Source of the DNA: a virus
Lineage: Duplodnaviria > Caudoviricetes
Length of the DNA: 64,000 nucleotides
Strand: one strand, 5' to 3'
IMG/VR virus record: IMGVR_UViG_3300036766_002286
A program made the translations under genes and the position numbers. Numbering within the stretch: position 1 is the first letter of the stretch; the number at the start of each line of letters is the position of its first letter. Of this stretch, positions 21,296 to 31,356 are shown piece by piece. The notes below the pieces were generated by a model. It did no database searches. It was not told where the DNA came from and saw only the letters and a program-made list of their open reading frames with translations.

Positions 21296-21442
21296 CAGCT
21301 TATATCACTATTTCAACAAATTTTCACTCGTAACCTAATTGAGCAAAAAACCTAATTTTCTGAGAAAGGAACCAGACATACATAATGGTCATATTCAGCT
21401 AAAATAATCAGTTGTATTAGAATTTAATATATTTTGAGAGAT

Positions 21443-21478
21443 TTGACAATATCCCATAAACAGTGACAATATCCGGGT
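21443..21478 (+). promoter_or_regulatory. Putative leaderless promoter TTGACA-16bp-GACAAT-8bp-ATG
   Basis: Consensus -35 with the recurring 16-bp spacer. Confidence 0.65.
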
Positions 21479-22030
21479 ATGAAAGGCGATAGTCATATTT
21501 GCAAAAAATCTTCAGGATTAATTGTAGATACAGGCCAAGGTCCTTGGGGAATAGGTACAGCTGCTTTTTCACAGGACTATCTTTTTCGCTACAGGCTATC
21601 GCGCATTTTTGATGAGGCGCTTCCTCGTATAAATTTTCTTATGTTAAATCCGTCAACTGCTGATGCTTTCAAATTAGATCCTACGGTACGCCGCTGTATG
21701 GGTTTTGCAAAACTCTGGGGCATGGGCACTGTTGAGGTAACTAATATATTTGCCTATCGGTCTACTGATCCTAAAGAATTATACAAAGTAACAGATCCTG
21801 TAGGTTCTTACAATAATAAAGCTATTTTGGCCGCATCTTCAGCTGCATCCATGACAGTATTAGCCTGGGGTGCTCATGGTTCCCTTCACGATCGTGCGCA
21901 TGCTGTTATTGACATGCTGCGCGCAAATGGGCATATAACCCACGTATTGAAGCTCACCAAAGTCGGACAACCCATGCATCCTTTATATATGTCTGCTGAC
22001 ACCAAGCCCTTCCTCTGGCCGCCCGCGTAA
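21479..22030 (+). CDS. DUF1643 family protein
   Basis: YRLSR, FLMLNPSTAD..DPT, NIFAYRSTDP, LAWG and PMHPLY motifs. Confidence 0.9.
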   Translation: MKGDSHICKKSSGLIVDTGQGPWGIGTAAFSQDYLFRYRLSRIFDEALPRINFLMLNPSTADAFKLDPTVRRCMGFAKLWGMGTVEVTNIFAYRSTDPKELYKVTDPVGSYNNKAILAASSAASMTVLAWGAHGSLHDRAHAVIDMLRANGHITHVLKLTKVGQPMHPLYMSADTKPFLWPPA

Positions 22031-22118
22031 TGCCTTTAGGAGCTTGTATAAAGCATCAAAGCCGTGTTACAGCTAAAGAGGGGTTCTCGGGCCTTAGTGC
22101 GGTCTCCTGGTGAGATAC

Positions 22119-22153
22119 TTGCGCTATTTTAAGGTGCCTACACTGTAATATAT
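22119..22153 (+). promoter_or_regulatory. Putative leaderless promoter TTGCGC-16bp-CACTGT-7bp-ATG
   Basis: Recurring motif. Confidence 0.55.
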
Positions 22154-22444
22154 ATGGCCACTATCAGACAGTTCTTACACAGCATTACAACTTTAATATC
22201 TTCTGTATCTATCAAATTATTTATGATCATACGTACTTCTATTTCTACGTGTTTATTTCCTCAACCACGTCCAACATATGCTCGAGCGTCCAAATCACGT
22301 CGTGGAGTAGGCACCCTAGAGTACGTACTAATGGCCGCAGTGGGTATTGGGGCTTACGTACTTGTCGATAAATTCTTTTTAGGCAATGGTGGATTTATTA
22401 GTAAGATCACGAAAAATGTTGGCGATATGTTTGGTGGCGGCTAG
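22154..22444 (+). CDS. Flp/type IVb-like pilin precursor
   Basis: RRG|VGTLEY with E at +5 and Y at +6, followed by a hydrophobic helix and a short C-terminus. Confidence 0.7.
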   Translation: MATIRQFLHSITTLISSVSIKLFMIIRTSISTCLFPQPRPTYARASKSRRGVGTLEYVLMAAVGIGAYVLVDKFFLGNGGFISKITKNVGDMFGGG

Positions 22445-22627
22445 TAGTTATTTATTAAAGATTTCTAAATCGCCACGCAGAAGATTGTAGTTCATTAAGA
22501 CCGGGTTCCTTGTGTGTAACAATACCTAAATACTTTATTAAATATGGTAATTATTTGTAATTTTTATTTTCTTAAAAACCAGCACACTTGTATGCCAGCT
22601 ATTCAAACTGCGTGCACAGTATACTAT

Positions 22628-22999
22628 ATGCATTCCTCTCAAAAACATACGTCCAATATTTTAGGTACTGTTACTATAGATATGATAGAACAAGCAATGC
22701 GTGCAAGCTCCGACGATTTGCTTGTTATCCCTTTTTTAAATACAATCCCAGGATCCCCTGAGTTTCTTATAGCCTTGGGGCACCTTCTTGCTGCAAGCCA
22801 CACTATGCTACCAAACGGGTCTCCTCTACTAGCATGGTATACATCGACACAAGTTGACGCTAACTGGCGCGACAACTGTCCGTGCGTGCCGGCATCAGTC
22901 TGGGGAGAGCTTATCATCAGAGAACGTTTATATAAAAGCAATGATACAACTACATGTCCAATGCAAAGATTGCTGGAATTGCGTCACTTACCCATATAG
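22628..22999 (+). CDS. Hypothetical protein
   Basis: CACAGT-7bp-ATG supports a start at 22628. Confidence 0.55.
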   Translation: MHSSQKHTSNILGTVTIDMIEQAMRASSDDLLVIPFLNTIPGSPEFLIALGHLLAASHTMLPNGSPLLAWYTSTQVDANWRDNCPCVPASVWGELIIRERLYKSNDTTTCPMQRLLELRHLPI

Positions 23000-23045
23000 C
23001 CATGTACCGATACTAGAGGTAAGCACCTTTTGGAGAATACTTTAT

Positions 23046-23708
23046 ATGTTAGATGCAGCAGTGACTCTTCTGGATGATATAGATGATGTTTTGAATCTCA
23101 AGCACTGTAATCGCACAGTTACCGCCCAAGTTCAAGAGTTCTCTAGTGATATTGCTGTATTTAAAACTTCTAATGGAGATCTCGCCACAGTACCTGTTAC
23201 AGATTTTTACCCTAATCATCTTTGGGAAAAAGGCGTTTCTTATCATATGCTTGTAACTAATGAAAAGCCCTTAAAACTATCAGCAACCAGACCTGAGCTA
23301 GTAGAGCTTCTTTTAGAAGGTTTTATTCCAGAAATTAGAGACGGTCGTGTATTCATAGTTGCAATTGAGCGCCAAGTGGGGGTAAGAACAAAAGTAGCTG
23401 TAGCAGCTACGCGCTCGGATGTGGATCCCGTCGGAGCCTGTTTAGGGCGTAGTGCTTATAGGTTGAAAAAGATGTCAGCTATGTTACTTGGAGAAAGACT
23501 GGATATAGTAGCCTATCATGCTGACCCTGATAAGTTTTTAACTAATGCGCTAGCGGTAAGTCATACGGAAGTTAGACAACAAAACGACGGCACTACTTTA
23601 GTATTAGTGCCTATACATCAACTAGCAGCAGCTCTTGGTGGCGGCAACTTAAATGTTGCACTTGCTTCCAGACTTACCGGCCGCAAACTAGTACTTCAAG
23701 GTGTATAG
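23046..23708 (+). CDS. nusA: NusA-like protein (S1+KH1+KH2, no N-terminal domain)
   Basis: SATRPELVELLL..IPEI.DG, RTKVAV, DPVGACLG, GERLDIV and NVALASRLTG motifs. Confidence 0.8.
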   Translation: MLDAAVTLLDDIDDVLNLKHCNRTVTAQVQEFSSDIAVFKTSNGDLATVPVTDFYPNHLWEKGVSYHMLVTNEKPLKLSATRPELVELLLEGFIPEIRDGRVFIVAIERQVGVRTKVAVAATRSDVDPVGACLGRSAYRLKKMSAMLLGERLDIVAYHADPDKFLTNALAVSHTEVRQQNDGTTLVLVPIHQLAAALGGGNLNVALASRLTGRKLVLQGV

Positions 23709-23830
23709 CGCCGGTTGTTCCTTAGATACTATGTTTTATAGTTAAATACCACTTTTTATAAATAAGTTGGCTTTATATTAGAAGCCACAACTGTTATATT
23801 TACTTATTCACATCCAGGAAAGGTCTATAT

Positions 23831-25681
23831 ATGACCAACCCGCCTTATTGGGGATTCGATCCCCCCGCTACACCGCGAGTCGCAATACAACCGGACTCAA
23901 TAGCGGCAACCGACGCCTATGATACTGAACACGGTGATGCTGTAGAAGATACAGAATCTAGTGTACAGACGCATCTACCACGTCAAGAGCAAGCAGTTAA
24001 AGTTTCACCAACAGCACTTCTGCGCCAAAGAGTAACTTCGGCTATACGTAGCACCTTAAGTGCTGTACATAATGCAGATTCTACCGTTGCATTGCAAATA
24101 ATTCAACGTATTGAATCTTCACGTAAAGTGCTAAGTGCACTTACCCCGGAATATCGAGAAATTGTATTAGCTGTATTAGAGGTTCTTAAGCACGAAGCTT
24201 CAGTATTATCTACTGGCCGTCTTAATTTATATAGTTTGCCTATTCTAGAAGAGTATGCACAAGAAGTTAAAGACGAAATTTTCTTTGTTACTGATGAGGT
24301 TGGGGTTTCAACTCCAGCAGATCCACACGCCTACTGGCAAGATATGGTAGAAATTGTGCAACGCGCAGCTACTAAACATGCCGCGTTAACTCTCGCTCAA
24401 GGTATTGAAGATAAAAAACCTTTGTTCGACCTGATGCCTTTGTATCGTAAAGTTGAACCGCCCACGTCTGTAAAAGCTATTAGTCGTGAACGCGGCACCA
24501 AAACAGCCAAAGAAGTAGCCGAGGAGCACCGTGTAATAAGCTCCAGTAAAGCTGCTTATAGATTTTCATCTGGACTGCGAAGTTTAGACGGTAGCTATAC
24601 TGGGACTAATGAAGCTCTAGGTTTCATATCACCAGGAACTTTTGTAGTTGTGATGGGCCAGACCGGAACCGGTAAGAGTTCGTTTGCGAACTCTATAGTT
24701 CCATCTATTAGTATGGATCTAAAAAACTGGGGTTTGGAACACGGCAAACAAGTACTTTTTCACACAGAAGAAGAAACTATTGACAAAATCCGCGGCTTTC
24801 GCATGGATAAAGGTCAAAAGTATCATCATCTGTCAGACAATATGATAGTTAAAGACTGTGGTACCAGTCGTCGCCAACTTGCTTATACACTGTATGATCT
24901 TGTTAAGACAGCCGAAGAAATATCACGGTTTAATAAACGACCTATTGTTGAGTATTTGCCCTACGTAGTTCAAATAGACTACCTTCAAGCAATTCAAGAG
25001 TCTACGGACAGAGATCCAGCAACAGCAGCAGCAATAACTGCAGAGTTTTTTCTCCGCGGAGTTTGCGCCTGGAACCCAGATGAAATGCATAAATTCTCAG
25101 GAGTTAATTTTCTTGAGTATGCAGGAATTCCGTGGCCAGAGGGCATGACTGATCACCGCGTTGCGGTGGTAGCTTATGCGCAGCTTATCAAGATTGATGA
25201 AGCTACACAATATTACCAATCAGGTCGTAAAGGTGTTCAGCTAAGCGACTTCACGTTGTTTGATCAAGACAATAATCCTTACTGGAAAGTTCAAGACGGC
25301 GATCTTCGTTTGTTTGATAAATCACAAATGCGTGGTTCAGGTATCATAGCCCAGAACGCACATGCGATCCTTATCTTACATCGTTCGGTTCCGTATAACA
25401 ACCCAGCAGTAAGAGATGCATTGGGAGAGCTACACCTTCAAGATACTAGAGCGCGGGTTTTGTACAATAAAAGCCGCAGCGGTTCTAGCAGGGTTTACGC
25501 TCCTTTACGTTTTGACGTGCAAGCTGACGGCGGTCGAGCTCAGTTCTTCGATGAAGCAGCTGAGGACGCACTCTCACGCGGTACTCTTAAAAATATAGAT
25601 CCCTCCTATCAAGATCCAGGAGATCCTATATTACCGATTCGTCCATTTAGAAATAAATTGGCGGAAACTCGGTACATATAA
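23831..25681 (+). CDS. Divergent DnaB/SF4-type replicative helicase
   Basis: Walker A GQTGTGKS, IDYLQ, AQL, MRGSGIIAQNAHAILILHR and KSRSG motifs. Confidence 0.8.
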   Translation: MTNPPYWGFDPPATPRVAIQPDSIAATDAYDTEHGDAVEDTESSVQTHLPRQEQAVKVSPTALLRQRVTSAIRSTLSAVHNADSTVALQIIQRIESSRKVLSALTPEYREIVLAVLEVLKHEASVLSTGRLNLYSLPILEEYAQEVKDEIFFVTDEVGVSTPADPHAYWQDMVEIVQRAATKHAALTLAQGIEDKKPLFDLMPLYRKVEPPTSVKAISRERGTKTAKEVAEEHRVISSSKAAYRFSSGLRSLDGSYTGTNEALGFISPGTFVVVMGQTGTGKSSFANSIVPSISMDLKNWGLEHGKQVLFHTEEETIDKIRGFRMDKGQKYHHLSDNMIVKDCGTSRRQLAYTLYDLVKTAEEISRFNKRPIVEYLPYVVQIDYLQAIQESTDRDPATAAAITAEFFLRGVCAWNPDEMHKFSGVNFLEYAGIPWPEGMTDHRVAVVAYAQLIKIDEATQYYQSGRKGVQLSDFTLFDQDNNPYWKVQDGDLRLFDKSQMRGSGIIAQNAHAILILHRSVPYNNPAVRDALGELHLQDTRARVLYNKSRSGSSRVYAPLRFDVQADGGRAQFFDEAAEDALSRGTLKNIDPSYQDPGDPILPIRPFRNKLAETRYI

Positions 25682-25689
25682 AGAATTAT

Positions 25690-25730
25690 AATAAGGACCG
25701 TCACATGTTCGTGACGGTCCTTATTTTTTT
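25690..25730 (+). terminator. Intrinsic terminator
   Basis: AATAAGGACCGTCAC-ATGTTC-GTGACGGTCCTTATT followed by a T run. Confidence 0.9.
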
Positions 25731-25809
25731 AAGACCCTAGCTCTTTTGGTTACATATTTAGCCGCTATGGTATAGTTTAATAATTTACTTATTTATCTAT
25801 AGGAGTATT

Positions 25810-26307
25810 ATGACAAGCCCACAACTAGAAGAATTTCGCAAAGACCTGGTAGTAGCTAGATTTGCCGCCCTCGAGTTTGGAAAGTTAACTACTACTATTC
25901 TAGGCAGTCTCTCGAATGATTGGTTTTTTGATGCCCCATCCGCAGAAACTGAAATACCTATGCCGGTATTAGATATGCCTGATGAAAAACGCGCTTCACT
26001 TATGTTAACTATTTTAGATGAAATGCTTGAAGCTTTAGCTTTAGCAATTGCCGAAAACGACACCCCACAAGAAGCATCTATTCGTTTAACTCCATTATGG
26101 ACCGAGCTATTTGCACTACACGCACCCATGATCAATAAAGATTGGCAAGATAGCCTACCATCTTTAGTAGAAGATCGCATAGCTATATTAGAAGAGGTAA
26201 CCGGAACTAGTCGTCAAGAAATTCTTGAAGCGACTCTCGCATCCGACACCCGTTGGCTAAAAGCCTTGTCAGCTTTTAGTATTGGTGTTGATGATTTGAA
26301 ATACTAA
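25810..26307 (+). CDS. Hypothetical protein
   Basis: AGGAG RBS; 165 aa, acidic and predicted helical. Confidence 0.8.
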   Translation: MTSPQLEEFRKDLVVARFAALEFGKLTTTILGSLSNDWFFDAPSAETEIPMPVLDMPDEKRASLMLTILDEMLEALALAIAENDTPQEASIRLTPLWTELFALHAPMINKDWQDSLPSLVEDRIAILEEVTGTSRQEILEATLASDTRWLKALSAFSIGVDDLKY

Positions 26308-26317
26308 ACATCTCTAA

Positions 26318-28645
26318 TTAACCTTTTAATTTCAAAGGTGCCAATGACAATTTTAACATTCTAGTCATATCTGCAAACTTTACAGTTATAGTAGTTTCAG
26401 GCTCATTGCCGGATATACACATAACTATACCTTCTCCGAACTTATTGTGTATCACAATATCTCCTACAATAACCTGACTAACAGTAAGTGTCGTTCCTGC
26501 CTTCGGCACATACTTTTTTTCAACTGGAAAAAATGGATCATCTGAATCTTCCAAATCTGTCCGTTTTTTATTTTTAGATGCTCCCCATGAATATTTATTA
26601 CCTCCACCCCACTGATTACCATATCCCCGTTTTTGCAAACCTTGTCCGCTTTTATCAATCTCTTCTACAGCTGCTGGTAAAGATTTCAAATAGCGAGACC
26701 GCTCAATATCATGCATCCAGCCGTTTCCTACCGGACGAGATAGAACGTGCGTGAAAGTTAAATTCTCACGTGCTCTTGATGCCGCTACAAATAATAAACG
26801 CCGCTCTTCTTGAATAGAGCTTTCAGATAAAGTGTACAGTGACCTATATTCTGACGGCCCGCCGTTTGATATAAAGCGTTGATGAGGAAACATTCCTTCT
26901 TCCACACCTATAACATATACCGCATCAAACTCTTTACCTTTCGCTGCGTGCGCACTCATCAGACACACTCTAGCTCCGACATCTTCTTCTACTACATCTT
27001 CACCAGAACTAAGTGAGCAACTATTTAGAAACAGTTCTACTAATCTGATATTATCTAAAACTACTCCATCTTGATCTACCAAGGTATCTGCTTTAAATTT
27101 GGTAGCAGCCACTACTAATTCTTCTAAGTTTTCTATCTTGTCCTCCCCATTTGCCCCGCTGTGTTCTCGCACGTATTTCTCTAAGCCAGATGTCATTATA
27201 CATCGTATTGCTTTATCCGGTCCACCAGAAATTATAGCATTTTTAATATTATCAATATCAGCCAGAAAAGATGTCCAAGTCTCTCCACGTTTTCCACTAA
27301 TAGTTTTGTCTGTCAACATTTCTTGAATAGTATCAAGTAAATTATTACCGTTTGCCCGTGTTATTATTTGTTCTATAGATTTTTGCCCAAGCCCGCGCTT
27401 AGGTGCTGAACTCGCCCTAATTAGTGCCAAGGCATCTTGAGGGTTTAGTATTAATCGTAAGTAACTAAAAGTATCTTTTATTTCTGCGCGATCATAGAAG
27501 CGTAAAGTACCAATAGTAGTATATGTCAGACCAGCAATAGGTAGGGCTGCTTCAAGCCATCTGGTTTGTGAGTTAGTACGCATAAGCACTGCTACACTTT
27601 TATTAGGATCTAGTTTTTTTATATCTGTAGCTATAAAATCTGCTTCTTGTTCAGGGTCATCTACGCAAATAACTTTTACCGCATTACCAATACCAAGATT
27701 AGTAGTAAGCTCTGGTCTAAATTTTGCATCATTACCTGCTATAATACTTTTGCAAACATCTAAAACTTTTTGGGTTGACCTGTAATTTATACCCATACGA
27801 ACTACCCGTGCCCCAGGCCAGTCATGCACAAAAGTATCTAGCACCTCTGGCGAGGCTGAGCGAAATCCATAAATAGATTGATCAGCATCACCAACTACGC
27901 ACAAGTTTCCGTTGTCTGCTGATAAGCTTTGTAAGATACTGTATTGAACAGGATTAGTATCTTGGTATTCATCAACCAGAATATGTGTGAATCGTGTCTG
28001 GTACTTGAGCATAATATCGTGGTGTTTTTCAAACAGATCCACTACTCGCAGCAATAGATCATCAAAATCAAGTGCACCCAGGCGCACTAGCTGCTTACAA
28101 TAAGCATCATATATTTGTAATAATTGTGGCTCGGGGATAACGCGCCCTCCATTTTTTATGCGAGAAATTCTCGCAGCTAATTCTCGCACTTTAGCTGGAG
28201 TATCATACGCACCAGACATATTTTCTCCATCAACAACCCCTTTCAACACAACACGCACATCTTTAGAATCTAAAATAGTATAAGCTCTAGGCAACCCCGC
28301 AGCCAAGTGCTCTACGCGCAGCACTCTAGCACAAAAACTATGAAAGGTACATATCCACATACCTTTAACACGTTCTTCGCCTAATAGCACTCCAACCCGC
28401 TGCTTCATTTCTCCAGCTGCTTTATTAGTAAATGTCATAGCTAGCACACCATAGGCTCTGCAACTACCGGTTTCCATTAACGCAGCTATCCGTCTCGTAA
28501 GTACGGTTGTCTTGCCAGACCCAGGCCCCGCCACAACCGCTAAAGGACCTGACAGAGTTACTACAGCTTCACGCTGTTCACTGTTTAGGCCCTCAAGCAA
28601 ATATTCAGGCACTTGGAGAGAAAATTGTTCGACTATTTCATTCAT
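26318..28645 (-). CDS. pcrA: UvrD/PcrA-family SF1 DNA helicase
   Basis: AGPGSGKT, LVDEYQDTN, VGDADQSIYGFR, HAAKGKEF, EERRLLFVA and C-terminal H.KFGEG motifs. Confidence 0.93.
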   Translation of the reverse strand: MNEIVEQFSLQVPEYLLEGLNSEQREAVVTLSGPLAVVAGPGSGKTTVLTRRIAALMETGSCRAYGVLAMTFTNKAAGEMKQRVGVLLGEERVKGMWICTFHSFCARVLRVEHLAAGLPRAYTILDSKDVRVVLKGVVDGENMSGAYDTPAKVRELAARISRIKNGGRVIPEPQLLQIYDAYCKQLVRLGALDFDDLLLRVVDLFEKHHDIMLKYQTRFTHILVDEYQDTNPVQYSILQSLSADNGNLCVVGDADQSIYGFRSASPEVLDTFVHDWPGARVVRMGINYRSTQKVLDVCKSIIAGNDAKFRPELTTNLGIGNAVKVICVDDPEQEADFIATDIKKLDPNKSVAVLMRTNSQTRWLEAALPIAGLTYTTIGTLRFYDRAEIKDTFSYLRLILNPQDALALIRASSAPKRGLGQKSIEQIITRANGNNLLDTIQEMLTDKTISGKRGETWTSFLADIDNIKNAIISGGPDKAIRCIMTSGLEKYVREHSGANGEDKIENLEELVVAATKFKADTLVDQDGVVLDNIRLVELFLNSCSLSSGEDVVEEDVGARVCLMSAHAAKGKEFDAVYVIGVEEGMFPHQRFISNGGPSEYRSLYTLSESSIQEERRLLFVAASRARENLTFTHVLSRPVGNGWMHDIERSRYLKSLPAAVEEIDKSGQGLQKRGYGNQWGGGNKYSWGASKNKKRTDLEDSDDPFFPVEKKYVPKAGTTLTVSQVIVGDIVIHNKFGEGIVMCISGNEPETTITVKFADMTRMLKLSLAPLKLKG

Positions 28646-28864
28646 TATACTATACTACTGTACATATACCAGCCGTTTGGTCATCTAGCTGATATTTAGT
28701 CGTAATTCTATACTAATTACTTAGATTAATCTCTAATAACAGATGTTTTAATAAAATGCATCCAAAGGTTGTTTATGTGCTTTTCGCACCCACAGTAATG
28801 TACAGCTGTAATTAGCTATACATTCAAACTCAGTAAGGTCTCTAAGATCGACTTAGGAGTAATC

Positions 28865-30919
28865 ATGGTGAAAGTCACCAAAAAAATTAATACAAGTTCG
28901 TTTTATCTCGGCGGCTATGACGCAAAATCTTGCCCCGAACTCGTGAGAAAAAATGCTGACGATTCATTTACCGACGAAGACAAAGACGCATTTCCACCAG
29001 GAGATGTGGCGCGTATGGAAGCCGGAATAATATTTGAGTCAAAACTAGCGCTATTATGGGAAGCTGAACTGGGTGACCAGTTTTTTGCAGTACCACAATG
29101 CACTCGTACAGAAAAGTCTAAAAAACTGCGCGAAAAGATAACTACGGAAAAAATGCTCGACCCGGGAACGGTTCGTGTTATTTGGAACGCTAGGTTGCCA
29201 AAGATTAAAAAATCACATCAAACAGGTGAACCAGATGCTCTGCTCCACGGAGGAACAGACGCAGCCGGCACTCATCTGTGGATACCAGTTGATGTTAAGT
29301 CTCATGGCAGTTTAGAAGGACAGCGCACAACTTTAGGTACTTTAGTATCAACTCTTAAAGATCCGCTTTACACTAGTGCAACTCTAGTTGATTTAGGAAA
29401 AGGCATAGGCAAGAAATCTGATGCCATGCAGTTAGCGCACTATTACAGAATGTTAGAGCACCTAGGACATGCCACTCCAGAAATGATTGGCGGAATCATA
29501 GGTACAGAGCTAAAAATTATTTGGCACAAGCTAAATGAACCGCTCTATAAACACTCTGCATTAGCAGCCACTATTAGTGCTTTAGACTATTACGATCACG
29601 AATTTGCCTATAGGGTAGAGATCGTAAAAGCCGCCAAAAAAGGCGAAGCAATAGTAGGTCCTGAATGGAAACCAGAATGCGCGTCTTGCATTTGGCGCAC
29701 AATATGCCATGACCAATTAAAAATTGACATGGACCATATTACGCTTCTTGCAGGTATTACACCTCTAAGAGCAGCTGCTCACTATAGTGTAGGTATTACC
29801 CGCATCAGCGATGTTACACGCCTTGACTGGAAAACAGCTAAGCTTGTTGATGTCGGTATTGATGTACCAGCTTTTATTAAGTGGGCTAATACTGTACTTC
29901 CAGAAACACTAGTTGTTTCGTGGGAGGGAGCTGATCTAGCACTACGTGCAGGAACCTTTCCTGCCTTAGGTATAGTCACAGCCAAAGATGCATGCAAATT
30001 AGATCCAGTCACCGCAAGGTATGCTGGCACTAAAGTATGGAACCTAACAGATACCATAGATATTGCACGCGCCACCAAGGTAGCAAAGGTATTTCTAGCA
30101 CGAAATGTGCAATCCGTTACTCTCAATAGATCTGTTTACGAACAGGACATAGATATTGAAGATAGTAATGGATATGTTTATATGATTGGTGTACGCACAA
30201 GCGGATACAAAAATATTAACAGAGAAGACCGAGAAACCAGAACAGAGTACGTAGCTTTTGTTAACTGGGACAGCTCACCAGAAGGGGAAGCTAAAGTGTT
30301 CGCTGATTTTTGGCGTCACATACAGTTTTCCAGGTTTTATGCTAAACAGCGTAAATACGCCTACAGAATGTACTACTATACTAAACACGAGCCCTCGTCA
30401 TTTAAATCGCTCGCAACTAGACATAGTACACAGCCTAATGTACCCACAGTAGAAGATGTTGAAAAGCTATTTGGTTCAACATTACCCGCTCCAGTATTTT
30501 TGGATGATGCATTCACCTTAGAACAAGACGGTACTCCCTTCGGAGAAGTGCTTGACTTGTTTCCAATCATAACCACACAATTAGTGTGGCCAACCGAAGC
30601 ACTTACATTGAAAGATACCGCTAAATGGGTTCGTTTCTCATGGAGAGACTCAGATCCGGGCGGTGCTAACTCAATGGCATGGTACGCAGAAGCAGTTAAT
30701 AACCCTGATGAAGAAATTAGGGAAAAAAACCGGAAGCGTATTATTGACTACAACGCCGACGATGTTCACGCCCAAGTCGCAATTCGCGATTGGCTAACAC
30801 ATCTAGGAGCTGCCCGTCAACCCGGTAAAAAATTGCCAAACGTAGCATCATTAGATAGACGGTTTAAACACCGTATTCCTAATACAGTGCGTCGACACCC
30901 ATCTTTGGGTAACGTATAA
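28865..30919 (+). CDS. TM0106-family RecB-like nuclease with C-terminal RNase H-like domain
   Basis: GEPD..L, PVDVK, QLAHY, C..C.W...C, DIDIE and YNADDVHA...RDWL motifs. Confidence 0.82.
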   Translation: MVKVTKKINTSSFYLGGYDAKSCPELVRKNADDSFTDEDKDAFPPGDVARMEAGIIFESKLALLWEAELGDQFFAVPQCTRTEKSKKLREKITTEKMLDPGTVRVIWNARLPKIKKSHQTGEPDALLHGGTDAAGTHLWIPVDVKSHGSLEGQRTTLGTLVSTLKDPLYTSATLVDLGKGIGKKSDAMQLAHYYRMLEHLGHATPEMIGGIIGTELKIIWHKLNEPLYKHSALAATISALDYYDHEFAYRVEIVKAAKKGEAIVGPEWKPECASCIWRTICHDQLKIDMDHITLLAGITPLRAAAHYSVGITRISDVTRLDWKTAKLVDVGIDVPAFIKWANTVLPETLVVSWEGADLALRAGTFPALGIVTAKDACKLDPVTARYAGTKVWNLTDTIDIARATKVAKVFLARNVQSVTLNRSVYEQDIDIEDSNGYVYMIGVRTSGYKNINREDRETRTEYVAFVNWDSSPEGEAKVFADFWRHIQFSRFYAKQRKYAYRMYYYTKHEPSSFKSLATRHSTQPNVPTVEDVEKLFGSTLPAPVFLDDAFTLEQDGTPFGEVLDLFPIITTQLVWPTEALTLKDTAKWVRFSWRDSDPGGANSMAWYAEAVNNPDEEIREKNRKRIIDYNADDVHAQVAIRDWLTHLGAARQPGKKLPNVASLDRRFKHRIPNTVRRHPSLGNV

Positions 30920-30921
30920 AA

Positions 30922-30954
30922 CATAGGGGGTTCCAGTTATCTGGAGCCTCCTAT
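30922..30954 (+). terminator. Stem-loop terminator
   Basis: ATAGGGGGTTCCAG-TTAT-CTGGAGCCTCCTAT immediately after the stop. Confidence 0.7.
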
Positions 30955-30999
30955 TGTATTTTAAATGGCATGCTATGATCTTAAGGCACAATATTTACT

Positions 31000-31356
31000 A
31001 TGATGAACACTCACACAAGTACAATTGAACAAGCAATAGGAGCAGGTCGTGCTGTTGCTATACTATTTACAGCCCCTTGGTGTGCGGCTGGTACTATTAT
31101 AGAACATATCTTACTTACTGAACATTTAGGCGGTACGGCGTTGGCTGTTATCAATATAGAAAATGACCCACATTTAGCTGATCGCTTTAAAATTGTTTCT
31201 CTTCCGACATTAATATGGTTCGCGGGCACCTATGAACAAGGGCGTCTACTCGGCGCTTTTTCAGCAGCTTTCGCCATAGATAGTATAAATAAAAGTCTTA
31301 AACAGCCAGCATCTGCAATAAGTAACACACAAGATGGTAAGGAAAGTGTTCAATGA
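31000..31356 (+). CDS. Thioredoxin-like protein with WCAAG instead of WCxxC
   Basis: FTAPWC, LADRFKIVSLPTLIWF and GRLLGA motifs. Confidence 0.8.
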   Translation: MMNTHTSTIEQAIGAGRAVAILFTAPWCAAGTIIEHILLTEHLGGTALAVINIENDPHLADRFKIVSLPTLIWFAGTYEQGRLLGAFSAAFAIDSINKSLKQPASAISNTQDGKESVQ

